Of a DNA stretch of 64,000 nt, positions 1-10,795 are shown piece after piece. The position numbers and the translations under genes were made by a program. Numbering within the stretch: position 1 is the first letter of the stretch; the number at the start of each line of letters is the position of its first letter. The stretch covers positions 358,234-422,233 of the forward strand of contig CAVWPD010000008.1 of assembly GCA_963756845.1 (NCBI GenBank), given 5' to 3'. A model generated the notes under the pieces. It had not been told where the DNA came from. It saw nothing but the letters and a program-made list of their open reading frames with translations, and ran no database searches. Source of the DNA: an uncultured Gammaproteobacteria bacterium (GTDB lineage Bacteria; Pseudomonadota; Gammaproteobacteria; Steroidobacterales; Steroidobacteraceae).

Positions 1-204
1 TCACCTATCTTATGCTGCTGTTTGCCGCCCTAATCATCGACCATTATCTTTATTTCGCGGGCTAACTCGCCAAGCACACCGCACCATTGAGCAGACAGGC
101 GATTGCGCCCGTCCCTGCGCCGTGTTTGCCGGTAAACACATTGCCCCTTGTACCAATTTACACCCCGGTAGGCGCGGGTGAGCATCCTTGGCCGATCAAG
201 GCGA

Positions 205-2037
205 ATGAAGGGTCAAGGCCGCATGAAAAAATTTCTAATCATCGTCGGCGTGCTCGTGGTGGCCGCGGCAGCCATCGGTGGGGGTTTATACCTCGCTTTC
301 CCGGTGCAGATCTCGACGATCGGCGGGCTGACGCACGTGTATTTGACAACGTTGAATCAGCCGGCAGGCACCCTGACGACAGAGTCGAATGCCGCCTACC
401 AAGCGCCGGCGGCCGCTGCTGCGGCTCCCGCGGCTGCGCCGGACGCGAGTGCCACCGCGACCGACTGGCCCAGCTACAACCGGACCGTGGGGTCGCAGCG
501 CTACTCCAGCTTGACTGAAATCAATAAGCAGAACGTGGGCAAGCTCAAGGTGCTCTGCACCTACGACACCCATTCGATCGCCGCTTTCGAATCCGGCCTC
601 ATCATGGTGGATAACGCGCTGATCGGCACCACCGAATTCGATATCTTTTCACTGAATCCTTCCACCTGTGCCGAAAATTGGCGCACCCACGAGGACTATC
701 CGCCGAGCCTTCTGCCCTCGAACCGCGGCGCGGCCTACATGGACGGCATGCTGTTTCGCGGCACGCAGGACGGGCGAGTCCTGGGATATGACTTCAAAAC
801 CGGCAAGCGTTTGTGGGCCACGACCATCGCGGACGTGAAATTAGGCGAGTCGGTGCCGTCGGCCCCGATTGCCTACGACGGGCTGGTGTTCGTCGGCAAT
901 TCAGGCGGCGACTTCAAGGGCGGCAAGGGCCATATGTATGGGCTCGACGCCAAGACCGGCAAGATCGTCTGGGAATTCTATTTGGCGCCTAAAACCGAAG
1001 GCGACACGCCGCGCGGCCCCGTGGGGGCCTCGCCCCTCGATGAGTCAACCTGGAAGAACGTGCCCGGCATTCCTGTCAGCGGCGCCGGAACATGGACCTC
1101 CTACACCCTCGACACGAAAACTGGGCAGCTGTATGTCCCCGGCGGCAATCCGGCACCCGATTTCGTGCAGGGGGGATTTGATGGGCCGACTGCACGCGCG
1201 GGGCAGAATCTTTATAGCGACTCGGTGGTCGTGCTCGACTCCAAGACCGGCGACTACAAGAACCATTTCAAGACCCTGCCGCACGACTGGCACGACTGGG
1301 ATGTTTCTAATCCGCCCATCCTGATTCAAACCATGGGCGGCAAACAGCTCCTGGCGGTAGCGCCGAAGGATGGCCATCTGTATGGCTACGATCTCGCCAC
1401 CAATGCGCGGCTGTATCGCGTGCCCGTGACCACGGTCGAAAATGCCGATGCCCCGTTCGAACCCGGGAAATCGGTGCGATTCTGCCCGGGCCCGGTGGGC
1501 GGAGATGAATGGAACAGTCCGGCTTACGTTCCGGACACCAATTTGATCCTGTTGGGCGAGGTCGATTGGTGCTACTCGGTCACCGTACAGGACGACAAGC
1601 AGCTGCGCGGCATGCCGCTGGGGCAGCCCTGGACCGGAATGCATACCTTGAATCCGTTCGATATGTTCGGCGATCCGAATCGTCGCGCGGACAACGGCTG
1701 GAGCGGATGGGTGTATGCCGTAGACGCCGATACCGGCGTGTGGAAATGGCGCGCGAGGTCCAATTTTCCCGTGGTTGCCGGGATCACACCGACTGCCGGG
1801 GGGATCGTGTTCTTTGGCGATGTGGGCGGTAATTTTTATGCGCTGGATTCTGCCACGGGTGAGAAGCTTTTCGGTCAGCAGATCGGCGGCGCCATGGGCG
1901 GGGGCGTGATCACCTATACCGCGAATGGTGCGCAAAAAGTCGCCGTGGCATACGGTTTCTCGATGCTGGCCTGGCCGGTGAAGATCCACACCGCCAAGGT
2001 GGCCATACTGGGTATAGACACTGCGGCGGCTCAATGA
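205..2037 (+). CDS. PQQ-dependent dehydrogenase (quinoprotein), membrane-anchored
   Basis: ORF 178..2037. N-terminal TM anchor (MKKFLIIVGVLVVAAAAIGG), Ala/Pro linker, then a PQQ beta-propeller-type sequence (DWPSYNRTVGSQRYSSLTEINKQNVGKLKV, repeated W/G blade motifs). Start is uncertain: GTG 178, ATG 205 or ATG 223. Confidence 0.8.
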   Translation: MKGQGRMKKFLIIVGVLVVAAAAIGGGLYLAFPVQISTIGGLTHVYLTTLNQPAGTLTTESNAAYQAPAAAAAAPAAAPDASATATDWPSYNRTVGSQRYSSLTEINKQNVGKLKVLCTYDTHSIAAFESGLIMVDNALIGTTEFDIFSLNPSTCAENWRTHEDYPPSLLPSNRGAAYMDGMLFRGTQDGRVLGYDFKTGKRLWATTIADVKLGESVPSAPIAYDGLVFVGNSGGDFKGGKGHMYGLDAKTGKIVWEFYLAPKTEGDTPRGPVGASPLDESTWKNVPGIPVSGAGTWTSYTLDTKTGQLYVPGGNPAPDFVQGGFDGPTARAGQNLYSDSVVVLDSKTGDYKNHFKTLPHDWHDWDVSNPPILIQTMGGKQLLAVAPKDGHLYGYDLATNARLYRVPVTTVENADAPFEPGKSVRFCPGPVGGDEWNSPAYVPDTNLILLGEVDWCYSVTVQDDKQLRGMPLGQPWTGMHTLNPFDMFGDPNRRADNGWSGWVYAVDADTGVWKWRARSNFPVVAGITPTAGGIVFFGDVGGNFYALDSATGEKLFGQQIGGAMGGGVITYTANGAQKVAVAYGFSMLAWPVKIHTAKVAILGIDTAAAQ

Positions 2038-2093
2038 TGCGCGTCTCCACGCAACAAATGCCTATGGAGGCGCGGCATTAGCCGCGAAATCGC

Positions 2094-3509
2094 ATGCACT
2101 TCGACCCGGTTTTCCTGTCGCGCATCCAATTTGCGTTCGTCATCAGTTTCCACATCATCTTTCCGGCCTTCACCATGGGGTTGGCGGCATGGCTCGCGAC
2201 GATCGAAGGCGCTCGCCTCTTCACCGGCCGTGAGGTCTATCGGCGAGTGTTCGATTTCTGGCTGAAGATCTTTGCCCTGTCCTTCGGAATGGGCGTGGTG
2301 ACGGGGATCGTGATGGCCTTTCAATTCGGCACCAACTGGGGCGTGCTGGCGGCGAAGACCGGCTCGATCCAAGGACCGCTGCTCGGCTATGAGGCGTTCA
2401 CCGCCTTCATGCTGGAATCGACATTCTTCGGCGTCATGCTGCTCGGGCGCAACCGCGTGTCGCCGCGCACCTATTTTTTCGCCTGCTGCATGGTCTCGCT
2501 GGGAACGATGTTCTCCTCGTTCTGGATCCTCGCCAACAACAGCTGGATGCAGGTGCCGCTTGGCCATTCCATCGTCGACGGCAAAATCATGCCCGCCGAC
2601 TGGTGGGCGATTGTCACCGGTCCAGTGATGATGGTGCGCTGGCCGCATATGTTGTTCGCCGCATTCCTCACCACCGGCATGTCGGTGGCCGGCTGCGGTG
2701 CCTGGTACGTGCTGCGCGGCATCCATCGCGCCGAGGCGCAAGTGATGCTGCATTGGGGCTACGGATTGGTTGCGGTCATCATTCCCGTGCAGCTGTTCTT
2801 CGGTCATCTGACCGGCGAGTACGTTCTCAAGTATCAGCCCGCAAAATTCGCGGCGATCGAGGCGCGTTGGCATAACGAGCAGCCTGCATTCGAGACCTTG
2901 ATTGCCATTCCCGACCCTGCGCACGAACGCAATCTGTACGCCATTTCCGTGCCGAAGCTCGGCAGCATGATTGCATCGGGCAGCTGGACCGCGCCGGAAG
3001 TCGGATTGGAATCCTTTCCGCTCGAGGATAGGCCGCCTGTGGTCATTCCCTTCTTCGGCTTTCGCATCATGGCCGGAATGGGCCTGATCATGCTGGCGGT
3101 GTCCTGGCTCGCGAATGTGCTGCGGCTCAGCGGCCGGCTCGTGACCGCGCGCTGGTTTCTATGGGCGGCTTTCCTCTCGTTCCCGACCGGCTTCATCGCC
3201 GTTTTGACCGGTTGGTATACGGCCGAGGTGGGTCGCCAGCCGTGGGTGGTCTACGGGCTGCTTCGCACCAAAGACGCGATAACACCTTCGCTGGTCAGCG
3301 GAGATGTTCTGTTCTCACTGTTGGGCTACATCGTGGTGTATGGATTGTTCGTCTCGTTTGGCTTGTACTACATCTACAAGCTGCTGCGTGATGGACCCAC
3401 GGTGCCGGCGGTCCCCATCTCGACTGCGAATCCCCACCGGCCCTTGGCCTTCGCGGATGACGCCGCTACCGCCACCGGCACGGGCAATCAACCAAAGGCG
3501 CTCACTTAA
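2094..3509 (+). CDS. cydA: cytochrome bd-type ubiquinol oxidase subunit I (short Q-loop, CIO-like length)
   Basis: The 471-aa product starts MHFDPVFLSRIQFAFVISFHIIFPAFTMGLA, the conserved CydA N-terminus. Polytopic membrane protein. Confidence 0.9.
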   Translation: MHFDPVFLSRIQFAFVISFHIIFPAFTMGLAAWLATIEGARLFTGREVYRRVFDFWLKIFALSFGMGVVTGIVMAFQFGTNWGVLAAKTGSIQGPLLGYEAFTAFMLESTFFGVMLLGRNRVSPRTYFFACCMVSLGTMFSSFWILANNSWMQVPLGHSIVDGKIMPADWWAIVTGPVMMVRWPHMLFAAFLTTGMSVAGCGAWYVLRGIHRAEAQVMLHWGYGLVAVIIPVQLFFGHLTGEYVLKYQPAKFAAIEARWHNEQPAFETLIAIPDPAHERNLYAISVPKLGSMIASGSWTAPEVGLESFPLEDRPPVVIPFFGFRIMAGMGLIMLAVSWLANVLRLSGRLVTARWFLWAAFLSFPTGFIAVLTGWYTAEVGRQPWVVYGLLRTKDAITPSLVSGDVLFSLLGYIVVYGLFVSFGLYYIYKLLRDGPTVPAVPISTANPHRPLAFADDAATATGTGNQPKALT

Positions 3510-3511
3510 CT

Positions 3512-4534
3512 ATGGAGCCGACCAACCTCGCGATCTTTTGGGCCGGCGTCATCGCCGTTTCCATCCTCATGTACGTGATTTTGGATGGTTTTGATCTAGG
3601 CGTCGGTATTCTGTTCGGCACCACCCCGATTGAAGGCAATCGCCAGGCGATGCTCAATACCATCGCACCGTTCTGGGACGGTAACGAGACCTGGCTGGTG
3701 GTCATAGGCGCCAGCTTGTTTGCGGCTTTCCCGACGGTGTACTCGGTGTTTCTCGGCGCCTTCTATATTCCGGTGCTGCTGCTGTTGATCGGCCTGATTT
3801 TTCGCGGCATCGCGTTCGAATTTCGCGGCCGGGCCAAACAAATGCTGTGGTTGTGGGACCGGGGATTTTGGCTGGGATCCGTGGTGGTCGCTTTCGTGCA
3901 GGGCGCGGCGGTGGGCGCCATGCTGCGAGGTGTTCCGGTGACGGGTGGACAATTCGCGGGCAGCGCCTTCGACTGGGTGCGCCCATTTCCATTTTTGACG
4001 GGCATCGGCATGGTGTTCGGCTACGCCTTGCTCGGCGCGAGCTGGCTGGTTCTGAAAAGCGAAGGGGCGATTCGAGACTGGGCCTATGCGCGGGTAACCT
4101 GGCTGGCAGTCGGCGTGCTCATCGTGCTGGGCCTGGCGTTCACCGTATCGGTGTCGGTTGATGCCGGCGCCATCGCGCAGAGCAATCTGCATGCGCGCAG
4201 CTGGGGGCTCATCTTCCCGATCGTGGGCTTCGCCGCGCTGCTCGGTATCATCATCGCCTCACGCCGGCGCCGCCGGGACAAAGTCCCCTTCGCGCTGACC
4301 ATGCTGTTCTTCGGCGCCTCCTACGTCACGCTTGGGGTCATGATGTGGCCGTACATGATTCCATATTCGGTGACGGTCGCCGGTGCCGCCAATCCGGATG
4401 CGTCCCTTGGTTTTCTGTTTTATGGCGGCGTCATTGTGCTGCCGATCATCGCCGTTTATACCATTGGTGTTTACTGGGTATTCCGCGGGAAAACGCAAAA
4501 GGACACCGCCGGGGCATACGGCTCAGGGGATTGA
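3512..4534 (+). CDS. cydB: cytochrome bd-type ubiquinol oxidase subunit II
   Basis: Starts 2 nt after the cydA stop. The 340-aa hydrophobic product has CydB-like motifs (FWAGVIAVSILMYVILDGFDLGVG, WDGNETWLV). Confidence 0.9.
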   Translation: MEPTNLAIFWAGVIAVSILMYVILDGFDLGVGILFGTTPIEGNRQAMLNTIAPFWDGNETWLVVIGASLFAAFPTVYSVFLGAFYIPVLLLLIGLIFRGIAFEFRGRAKQMLWLWDRGFWLGSVVVAFVQGAAVGAMLRGVPVTGGQFAGSAFDWVRPFPFLTGIGMVFGYALLGASWLVLKSEGAIRDWAYARVTWLAVGVLIVLGLAFTVSVSVDAGAIAQSNLHARSWGLIFPIVGFAALLGIIIASRRRRRDKVPFALTMLFFGASYVTLGVMMWPYMIPYSVTVAGAANPDASLGFLFYGGVIVLPIIAVYTIGVYWVFRGKTQKDTAGAYGSGD

Positions 4535-4547
4535 TGATCGAGAGGGT

Positions 4548-6962
4548 TCAGCGGGCCAGCAATGAGCGCAGCGATGCCAACAATTCCTCGGCCTTGATGG
4601 GCTTGCTGGTGAACTTCAAGTAAGGATCATTCGGCAGCTGCTTCACCGCCGAGGAGGTGTCGCCGCTGGTCAGGAGAGCCGGCAGAGAAGGCCCCAAGAT
4701 CTTGCGAAGCGCGGCAATGACCTGGTCGCCGGTTTCGCCGCCGCTTAAGTGATAGTCGCAGATCACCAGATCGATGCCGTTGCCGTCGCGAAGGTGTTGC
4801 AGCGCTTCCGCCGCGGAGGCGACCGGTGTGACGCGATAACCCTCCAATCCGAGCAGCCGGCCCATGGCGCGGCGCACGGATGCATTGTCTTCGACCAAGA
4901 GAACTCGCGTGTCGCCGCTTTGCCGCGGGCCGAGCGCCGTCGCAGCTCCGAAACGCCGATGTTCCGCCGCCTGATGTCCCACGCTGGCGGGTAGCAGCAG
5001 CGAGAAGGCCGAACCCTGGCCGACCTCGGAGCGCACATGCAGCGGGACGGACAACAGATCGACCAAGCGCTTCACGATGGACAGGCCGAGTCCATATCCC
5101 TCGCGCGTGCTGTTGGCTGCGACGCCGACTTGGTAAAATGCGTCGTAGATGTGCGGCAGCTGTTCGGCGGGAATACCGATACCGGTATCGATCACACTGA
5201 TGCGCACCAACTCTCCCTCCTGTTGGCAGCGCACGCGCACCCAGCCTTCGTGCGTGTACTTCACCGCATTCGACACCAGGTTTCTCAGGATTTGTTCCAC
5301 CAGCGCCGGATCGCTGTACACGGCGGCCTCGCTCATGTCGATTTCCAGCCGCAGCCCCTTATCGGCGGCAACACCCGCGAATTCCATGCGCATCTCGTCC
5401 AGGAGTGCGCGCACCGTAAAATGCATCGGCTCGGAATTAATGGCGCCCGACTCGAGCTTGCTGATGTCGAGCAGCGCATTTAGCAATCGGGACATGGCAT
5501 CGATGGCTTGATCCTGTTGCAGCAGCACTTCAACGGCGTCGCGATCGGTTACCAGCCGGCGCAAGGTGCCATTGAGCAATTCGATGGTTTGCAAGGGCTG
5601 GCGCAGATCGTGGCTCGCAGACGCGAGGAAGCGCGAATTGCGATTCTTCGCCTGGATCGCCGAATCGCGCGACCGCTCCAGAGCCGCACTGGCGCGCAGC
5701 GCCTCTTCGGCGCGTTTCAGCTCGGTGATGTCGCGGGCGCTGACCACCGCCCCGACGATCAAACCGGCGTCGTCGCGAATGGGCGCATAGCTGTAACTGC
5801 CGAACCAGGTCTGTTCGGTATCTTTGCGCCGCAGTCTAAATTCTACGTTCGTGGCAATTTCGCCGCGCAGGGCACGCGGCGTGCACCACATGTCGACCGG
5901 CAGCACCGTGCCGTCCGCGTGGGTGACTTCAACAATGTTCACAAAATCGCTGAAGTCCTTTGCGCATTCGCTTTTATCTTTGAAGCGATAGTAGCTGGCG
6001 AAGGCATCATTGAATTCGACGAAACGGCCCTCGGCGTCCGAAATGTACACGGCGTCCGCCATGCTGGAAAGCGCCGCGTCCAGCTTGAGGCGGCTGGCTC
6101 GCAGCGCCTGCTCGGCCCGTACCCGCTCGGTGACGTCGCGCACCACGGATACCGATCCAATGATCTCGCCGCTCACGTCGCGTACCGGCGCCGAACTGAC
6201 CTGACGGTGGCGAAGCTCACCGGCCCGCGCGGACTGGACGATTTGATCTTCGTTGCGCACCACTTCGCCGGCCAGCGCCCGCAGCAAGGGCGCCTCCTCG
6301 ATTGGCCGCGGACTTCCATCCGCGCGCAACACCGTTAAATCCGCGAGCACTGCTTCGACCGAGAGCCCTTCCACGGATTCCAGTCCGAACTCGCGCAGCG
6401 CCGAGGGGTTGGCTAACTTGTAGCGCCTCTGCGCGTCCGTAAACCAGACTTCATCGGTAATGCTGTTGAGAACCAGGGTCAGCCATTCTTTTTCCGCCCG
6501 GGCCGCCCGGAGCAGTTCCTGAACGTCATCCTGCGCTTGTCTGCGCTCGGTCACGTCTTGGAAGGAGACAAACAGGCCTTCCTCGGAGGGATAGCAATGG
6601 CATTCAAACCAGCGGTCCGGCACCGGGCAGTACTCTTCGAAATGCACCGCTTCGCCGGTGTCCACGGCGCGGTGAAAGCACTCGTGATATTTCGGGCCCG
6701 TGGCGCCGGGGAACAGGTCCCAGACGCAACCGCCGAGAAGTTTCTCGGGACGCATGCCGAGCATGCGTGCGGCCTGGTCATTGCAATAGATGTAGCGCCA
6801 ATTCTGGTCCAACACCACGATGCCATCCGTGATGCTGCGCAGCACCGTCACCAGGCGCTGGTCGGCGCGCCGCTTCGCGTCCTCGACTTCTTTCAGCGCG
6901 CTGATCTCGTCCGCGCGTGCAGTCAGGCCGACTTGCCCGTGTAGATTCGTTATCGAAGCCAT
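4548..6962 (-). CDS. PAS-domain hybrid sensor histidine kinase with C-terminal receiver
   Basis: 804 aa. Several PAS-like repeats, an H-box (FLASASHDLRQPLQ), HATPase N/G boxes (NLVSNAVKYT, DTGIGI, GYGLGLSIV), then a REC domain (VLLVEDN...DLVICDYHL). Confidence 0.9.
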   Translation of the reverse strand: MASITNLHGQVGLTARADEISALKEVEDAKRRADQRLVTVLRSITDGIVVLDQNWRYIYCNDQAARMLGMRPEKLLGGCVWDLFPGATGPKYHECFHRAVDTGEAVHFEEYCPVPDRWFECHCYPSEEGLFVSFQDVTERRQAQDDVQELLRAARAEKEWLTLVLNSITDEVWFTDAQRRYKLANPSALREFGLESVEGLSVEAVLADLTVLRADGSPRPIEEAPLLRALAGEVVRNEDQIVQSARAGELRHRQVSSAPVRDVSGEIIGSVSVVRDVTERVRAEQALRASRLKLDAALSSMADAVYISDAEGRFVEFNDAFASYYRFKDKSECAKDFSDFVNIVEVTHADGTVLPVDMWCTPRALRGEIATNVEFRLRRKDTEQTWFGSYSYAPIRDDAGLIVGAVVSARDITELKRAEEALRASAALERSRDSAIQAKNRNSRFLASASHDLRQPLQTIELLNGTLRRLVTDRDAVEVLLQQDQAIDAMSRLLNALLDISKLESGAINSEPMHFTVRALLDEMRMEFAGVAADKGLRLEIDMSEAAVYSDPALVEQILRNLVSNAVKYTHEGWVRVRCQQEGELVRISVIDTGIGIPAEQLPHIYDAFYQVGVAANSTREGYGLGLSIVKRLVDLLSVPLHVRSEVGQGSAFSLLLPASVGHQAAEHRRFGAATALGPRQSGDTRVLLVEDNASVRRAMGRLLGLEGYRVTPVASAAEALQHLRDGNGIDLVICDYHLSGGETGDQVIAALRKILGPSLPALLTSGDTSSAVKQLPNDPYLKFTSKPIKAEELLASLRSLLAR

Positions 6963-7258
6963 AGTCCCATCGCGCTGCGGCCGCTCCTTAGCAAAAACGG
7001 CGCAAATTGATCCGCTCGCGCAATATTGCGAAAAGACATCTGATTATCCCCAGCAGTACGTGGCGCGAGGGTCGCACCTGTTGACGGCCTGATACCGCCG
7101 CGAGAATTTATGTGGGACCCCGCGGGCGGAATAGTTAACATGCGACTGCCATTTAAGCAAGAGTTGCGGACCCCGCCCCCGAGTGCGCGAAAACAGGGCG
7201 CTCGGGCCCCCCAATTCGGCATTATGTTGCCTCTCGACTGCGTTTATCATGGGGGATC

Positions 7259-8143
7259 ATGGAAGCGCTGCGCTATCAAACCGTTCGCGCCAACGGCCTG
7301 GACTTCAACGTCGCGGTGTCCGGATCGGGCGAGCGGCTCGCCCTGTGCTTGCACGGCTTTCCGGAGTTCTCTTTTTCGTGGCGGCATCAGATACCGATGC
7401 TGACGCAGTTGGGTTACCGGGTATGGGCGCCGGATCTTCGCGGCTATGGGCGCAGTTCGCGCCCGGCAGGGGTTGGGGCCTACGCCATGGAAATCCTCGA
7501 GGAGGACATCGCCGCGCTCATTGAAGCCTCGGGCGCCACGCAGGTCGTGCTCATCGGCCATGATTGGGGGGCTTTGATTGCATGGAACTATGCCATGTTT
7601 GGCCGGGTGCCGATCGCCAGGCTCATCATCATGAATGTTCCGCACCCGGCGCTGGCGCAGAAGGGACTGCGCACCCTCCGGCAATTGACGAAGTCCTGGT
7701 ATATTTTTTTCTTTCAGCTGCCGTGGATTCCGGAATGGCTGCTCGCGCGCAATGACTATGCGGCCATTGGCGCAGCCTTTCGGGACATGGCGGTGGATAA
7801 GACTCGCTTCCCCACGCCGGTGTTGCGGGTCTATCAAGAGGCCGCCGCACAACCCGGCGCACTCACCGCGATGCTGAATTATTATCGCGCGCTGCTGCGC
7901 GGTTTGGGCCGCGCGCGCCGGCGCGGCACGCCGCTAATCGCCGTACCCACGCTCATGATCTGGGGTGAAGTGGACGCCGCGCTGGGAAAAGAACTCTCCT
8001 ATGGCACGGATGAATACGTCAGCGATCTGACGCTTCGCTACCTGCCCAACGTGTCTCATTGGGTGCAGCAGGAAGCACCCGATCGGGTGAACGAGATGAT
8101 GCAGGCGTGGCTGCTCGGCCAGAGCGTGCCGTGCGCAGCTTGA
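7259..8143 (+). CDS. alpha/beta hydrolase, epoxide-hydrolase-like
   Basis: 294 aa with an HGFPE..SWRHQ motif and a nucleophile region LIGHDWGALIAW, typical of the epoxide hydrolase / haloalkane dehalogenase-like fold. Confidence 0.8.
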   Translation: MEALRYQTVRANGLDFNVAVSGSGERLALCLHGFPEFSFSWRHQIPMLTQLGYRVWAPDLRGYGRSSRPAGVGAYAMEILEEDIAALIEASGATQVVLIGHDWGALIAWNYAMFGRVPIARLIIMNVPHPALAQKGLRTLRQLTKSWYIFFFQLPWIPEWLLARNDYAAIGAAFRDMAVDKTRFPTPVLRVYQEAAAQPGALTAMLNYYRALLRGLGRARRRGTPLIAVPTLMIWGEVDAALGKELSYGTDEYVSDLTLRYLPNVSHWVQQEAPDRVNEMMQAWLLGQSVPCAA

Positions 8144-8146
8144 GCG

Positions 8147-10300
8147 CTAGCTGCGCCGCAGGTCTTGCGTGCCGATGGGCAGCGTGCGAATTCGCCGGCC
8201 CGTGGCGGCGAATATCGCGTTGCAGATCGCCGGCGCCACCAAGGCAACCGCGACCTCGCCAATGCCGCCGGGTGACTCATCGCTTAGGACCAGATGCACG
8301 TCGATTCCCGGCACCTCATTGCCGCGCAGCACCCGATAGTTGTTGAAATTGGTCTGCTGAACCTGGCCCGCCACGAGAGTGACCTCGCCCCACAGGGTCG
8401 AGGACAGTCCGAAGATGATTGCGCTTTCGATCTGCGATTCCACGATGCGCGGATTGACCATTTGGCCGCAATCCACTACGCAGCAGATTTTATGCACCTT
8501 GAGCACACCGGCATCAATGGAGATCTCTGCAACCTGGGCCACCTGCGTGGTATATCCCACCATGAAGGCAATGCCTTGGTGCCGGCCTGCGGGCGCCTTG
8601 CCCCAACCCGCCCGTTCTGCGGCCAAGCGCAGCACCTGCTGTTGCCGAGGATTCTTATGCAGCAGCGCCAAGCGGAAGTCGTAGGGGTTCTTGGCCGCCG
8701 CGGCAGCCATCTCATCCATGAAGCTCTCGATCGCGAAGCAGTTGGGCGCATGACTGACGGAACGCATGTACCCCACATCGATGCCGATCTCCTGGCGTGA
8801 ATAGGTCACCGCCACATTCGGCACATCGTAAGGATAATTGATGGCGTACTCGACCACCGAGTCATCGACGCCCTTGACCGGCGGAAACATGCGCGCGGTG
8901 ATGGACGGACTGGTGATGTGCAATTTGAAGGCGCTGAGTTTTCCTGCCGCGTCCAAGCCACCACTGATTTGCTCCAAAGCCGGCGGCCGATAGGTGTCAT
9001 GCGTCATGTCGTCCTCGCGGGTCCAAACCACCTTCACCGGGACACCCACCGCCTTCGAGGCCTGCACCGCCGCCGGGATGAAATCGACGTCTAGCCTGCG
9101 GCCGAAGCCTCCGCCGAGCAGCGTGGTGAAAACGCGCACCTGGGAAGGCTGCAGGCCCGCCGCGGTTGCGGCCGTGATTTGCGCGACCTGCTGCACCTGC
9201 GTGCCGACATATAAATCGCAGCCGTCCGCCTTGACATCCGCGGTGCAATTCATCGGCTCCATGGTGGCGTGCGCCAACAACGGCAGCTCGTAATCGAAGT
9301 TGAATTGCCTTGTCGCGGACTTCAGCGCCGCCGCGACATCGCCGTCGGCGCGCGCCACCAGTCCATCGCCCTGCGCCGCGGCGTTGCGCAGCAGAGCGGA
9401 AATGGCGGCGTTGTCGAGGTGCGCATTGGCACCGGGGTCCCAGGTGATATTCAAGACCCTGCGAGCTTGCAGCGCCTGCCAGAAATGCTCTGCCACCACC
9501 ACCACACCGCTGTCGGTATTCAGGACTCTGCGCACGCCCGGCATTTTCTCGGCGGCGACAGCATCGAGCGACTTGACCTTGCCGCCGAGCACCGGGCTTT
9601 GTGCGACCACGGCGTACAGCATCCCGGCCAGGTTGACGTCCAGGCCAAACACGGCGCTGCCATCAACCTTTCCGGGGGAATCGATGCGCGCGAGCGACTT
9701 GCCGATGAGCTGGAAGTCGGCTCGTGATTTTAGTGTGACCTCCTTGGGGACCGGTTCCCGAGCGGCGGCGGCGGCAACCTGGCCGTAGGTCAGTGATTCG
9801 CCGCGGGCATTGCTGATCGACCCATTCGCGGCGTGGCACTGAGCCGGCTCAAGGTGCCAGCGTTTGGCGGCCGCGCTGATCAGCATGGTGCGGGCCTGCG
9901 CGCCGGCGATGCGCAGTTTCTCCCAGGCATCCTGCACACTGTTGCTGGTTCCGGTGATTTGGCCGCCATTTCCAGGATTGTTGTAGGCATCGCCCACCGG
10001 CGCCGCGACAATCTGGATCGCATCGATGCCCACGTTCAATTCCTCGGCCAGCAGCATGGGCAGCGCGGTATAGACGCCCTGACCCATCTCCGATCGATCG
10101 ACGATGATGGTGATGGAATTATCGGACGCGATCCTCAACCATGCATTGAGCTGCTCGTCCGCGCCCATGCCTGCCGATCGGGCGGCGCGCTTGGTTTTGC
10201 CGGCATACCCCGGCAATGCCAGCGCCAACATCAGGCCGCCGCCGACGGCTACGCTGGCGTTGAGAAAGTCGCGACGGCCAAGACCCGGCGGCGCTGTCAC
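8147..10300 (-). CDS. molybdopterin-binding subunit of an aldehyde oxidase/xanthine dehydrogenase family enzyme (IorB-like), Tat-exported
   Basis: Large ORF 8147..10480. The likely start is the GTG at 10300, which forms a GTGA overlap with the stop of the upstream 2Fe-2S gene. This gives an N-terminal twin-arginine motif ([17 protein letters not shown]). The rest matches Moco-hydroxylase large subunits. Confidence 0.8.
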   Translation of the reverse strand: MTAPPGLGRRDFLNASVAVGGGLMLALALPGYAGKTKRAARSAGMGADEQLNAWLRIASDNSITIIVDRSEMGQGVYTALPMLLAEELNVGIDAIQIVAAPVGDAYNNPGNGGQITGTSNSVQDAWEKLRIAGAQARTMLISAAAKRWHLEPAQCHAANGSISNARGESLTYGQVAAAAAREPVPKEVTLKSRADFQLIGKSLARIDSPGKVDGSAVFGLDVNLAGMLYAVVAQSPVLGGKVKSLDAVAAEKMPGVRRVLNTDSGVVVVAEHFWQALQARRVLNITWDPGANAHLDNAAISALLRNAAAQGDGLVARADGDVAAALKSATRQFNFDYELPLLAHATMEPMNCTADVKADGCDLYVGTQVQQVAQITAATAAGLQPSQVRVFTTLLGGGFGRRLDVDFIPAAVQASKAVGVPVKVVWTREDDMTHDTYRPPALEQISGGLDAAGKLSAFKLHITSPSITARMFPPVKGVDDSVVEYAINYPYDVPNVAVTYSRQEIGIDVGYMRSVSHAPNCFAIESFMDEMAAAAAKNPYDFRLALLHKNPRQQQVLRLAAERAGWGKAPAGRHQGIAFMVGYTTQVAQVAEISIDAGVLKVHKICCVVDCGQMVNPRIVESQIESAIIFGLSSTLWGEVTLVAGQVQQTNFNNYRVLRGNEVPGIDVHLVLSDESPGGIGEVAVALVAPAICNAIFAATGRRIRTLPIGTQDLRRS

Positions 10301-10764
10301 GTCGCGGTCCCGGCGAGCAACTGCGCGGCGCGGTGAATCGCTTTGCGGATTCTCGGGTAGGTGCCGCAGCGGCAAATGTTGCCCGACATGGCCGCGTCGA
10401 TGTCGGCATCGCTGGGATGCGGATTGACCGTCAGCAGCGCGGCCGCCGACATGATTTGGCCCGATTGGCAGTAGCCACATTGCGGTACATCGATTTCAAG
10501 CCACGCCTTCTGGATGGCATGGCTGCGATCCTTGGAGAGCCCTTCGATCGTCGTGATGGATTTACCCGCCACCGCTCGCAGCGGCATGACGCAGGAGCGC
10601 AGCGCAATTCCATCGATGTGCACGGTGCAGGCGCCGCACAAGGCCATACCGCACCCAAACTTGGTGCCCGTCATGGCTAGGTGATCACGCAGCACCCAAA
10701 GCAACGGCGTATCCTCCGCCGCGTCGACACTCAGCGCTAGATTGTTAACGGTAATTGAAATCAT
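10297..10764 (-). CDS. (2Fe-2S)-binding small subunit of the molybdenum hydroxylase (IorA-like)
   Basis: The product from [11 protein letters not shown] has two Cys clusters ([11 protein letters not shown] and [10 protein letters not shown]...CRCGTY). ATG at 10764 chosen; the ORF extends to 10806. Confidence 0.85.
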   Translation of the reverse strand: MISITVNNLALSVDAAEDTPLLWVLRDHLAMTGTKFGCGMALCGACTVHIDGIALRSCVMPLRAVAGKSITTIEGLSKDRSHAIQKAWLEIDVPQCGYCQSGQIMSAAALLTVNPHPSDADIDAAMSGNICRCGTYPRIRKAIHRAAQLLAGTAT

Positions 10765-10795
10765 CGCGATGTTCCGTGAATGGTAGGATGCCGAC

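Noticed and set aside
1-65. Possible 3' end of a plus-strand membrane-protein gene (…LMLLFAALIIDHYLYFAG*)
   Set aside because: Only about 20 codons are visible, which is too little to call.
1045-2034. 329-aa antisense ORF inside the PQQ dehydrogenase gene. The same applies to 2031..2924, 13213..13989, 14043..15050, 35154..36071, 44303..45475, 45494..46339, 52803..53585 and 61867..62907.
   Set aside because: These are long stop-free antisense frames typical of GC-rich DNA. Their products are Arg/Ala/Gly/His-rich with no recognisable motifs, and the opposite strand carries unmistakable genes.
7081-7112. TTGACG followed about 17 nt later by GAATTT, as a candidate sigma-70 promoter for the hydrolase gene
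   Set aside because: The -10 is poor, and the site is about 150 nt from the start codon. It cannot be supported from sequence alone.
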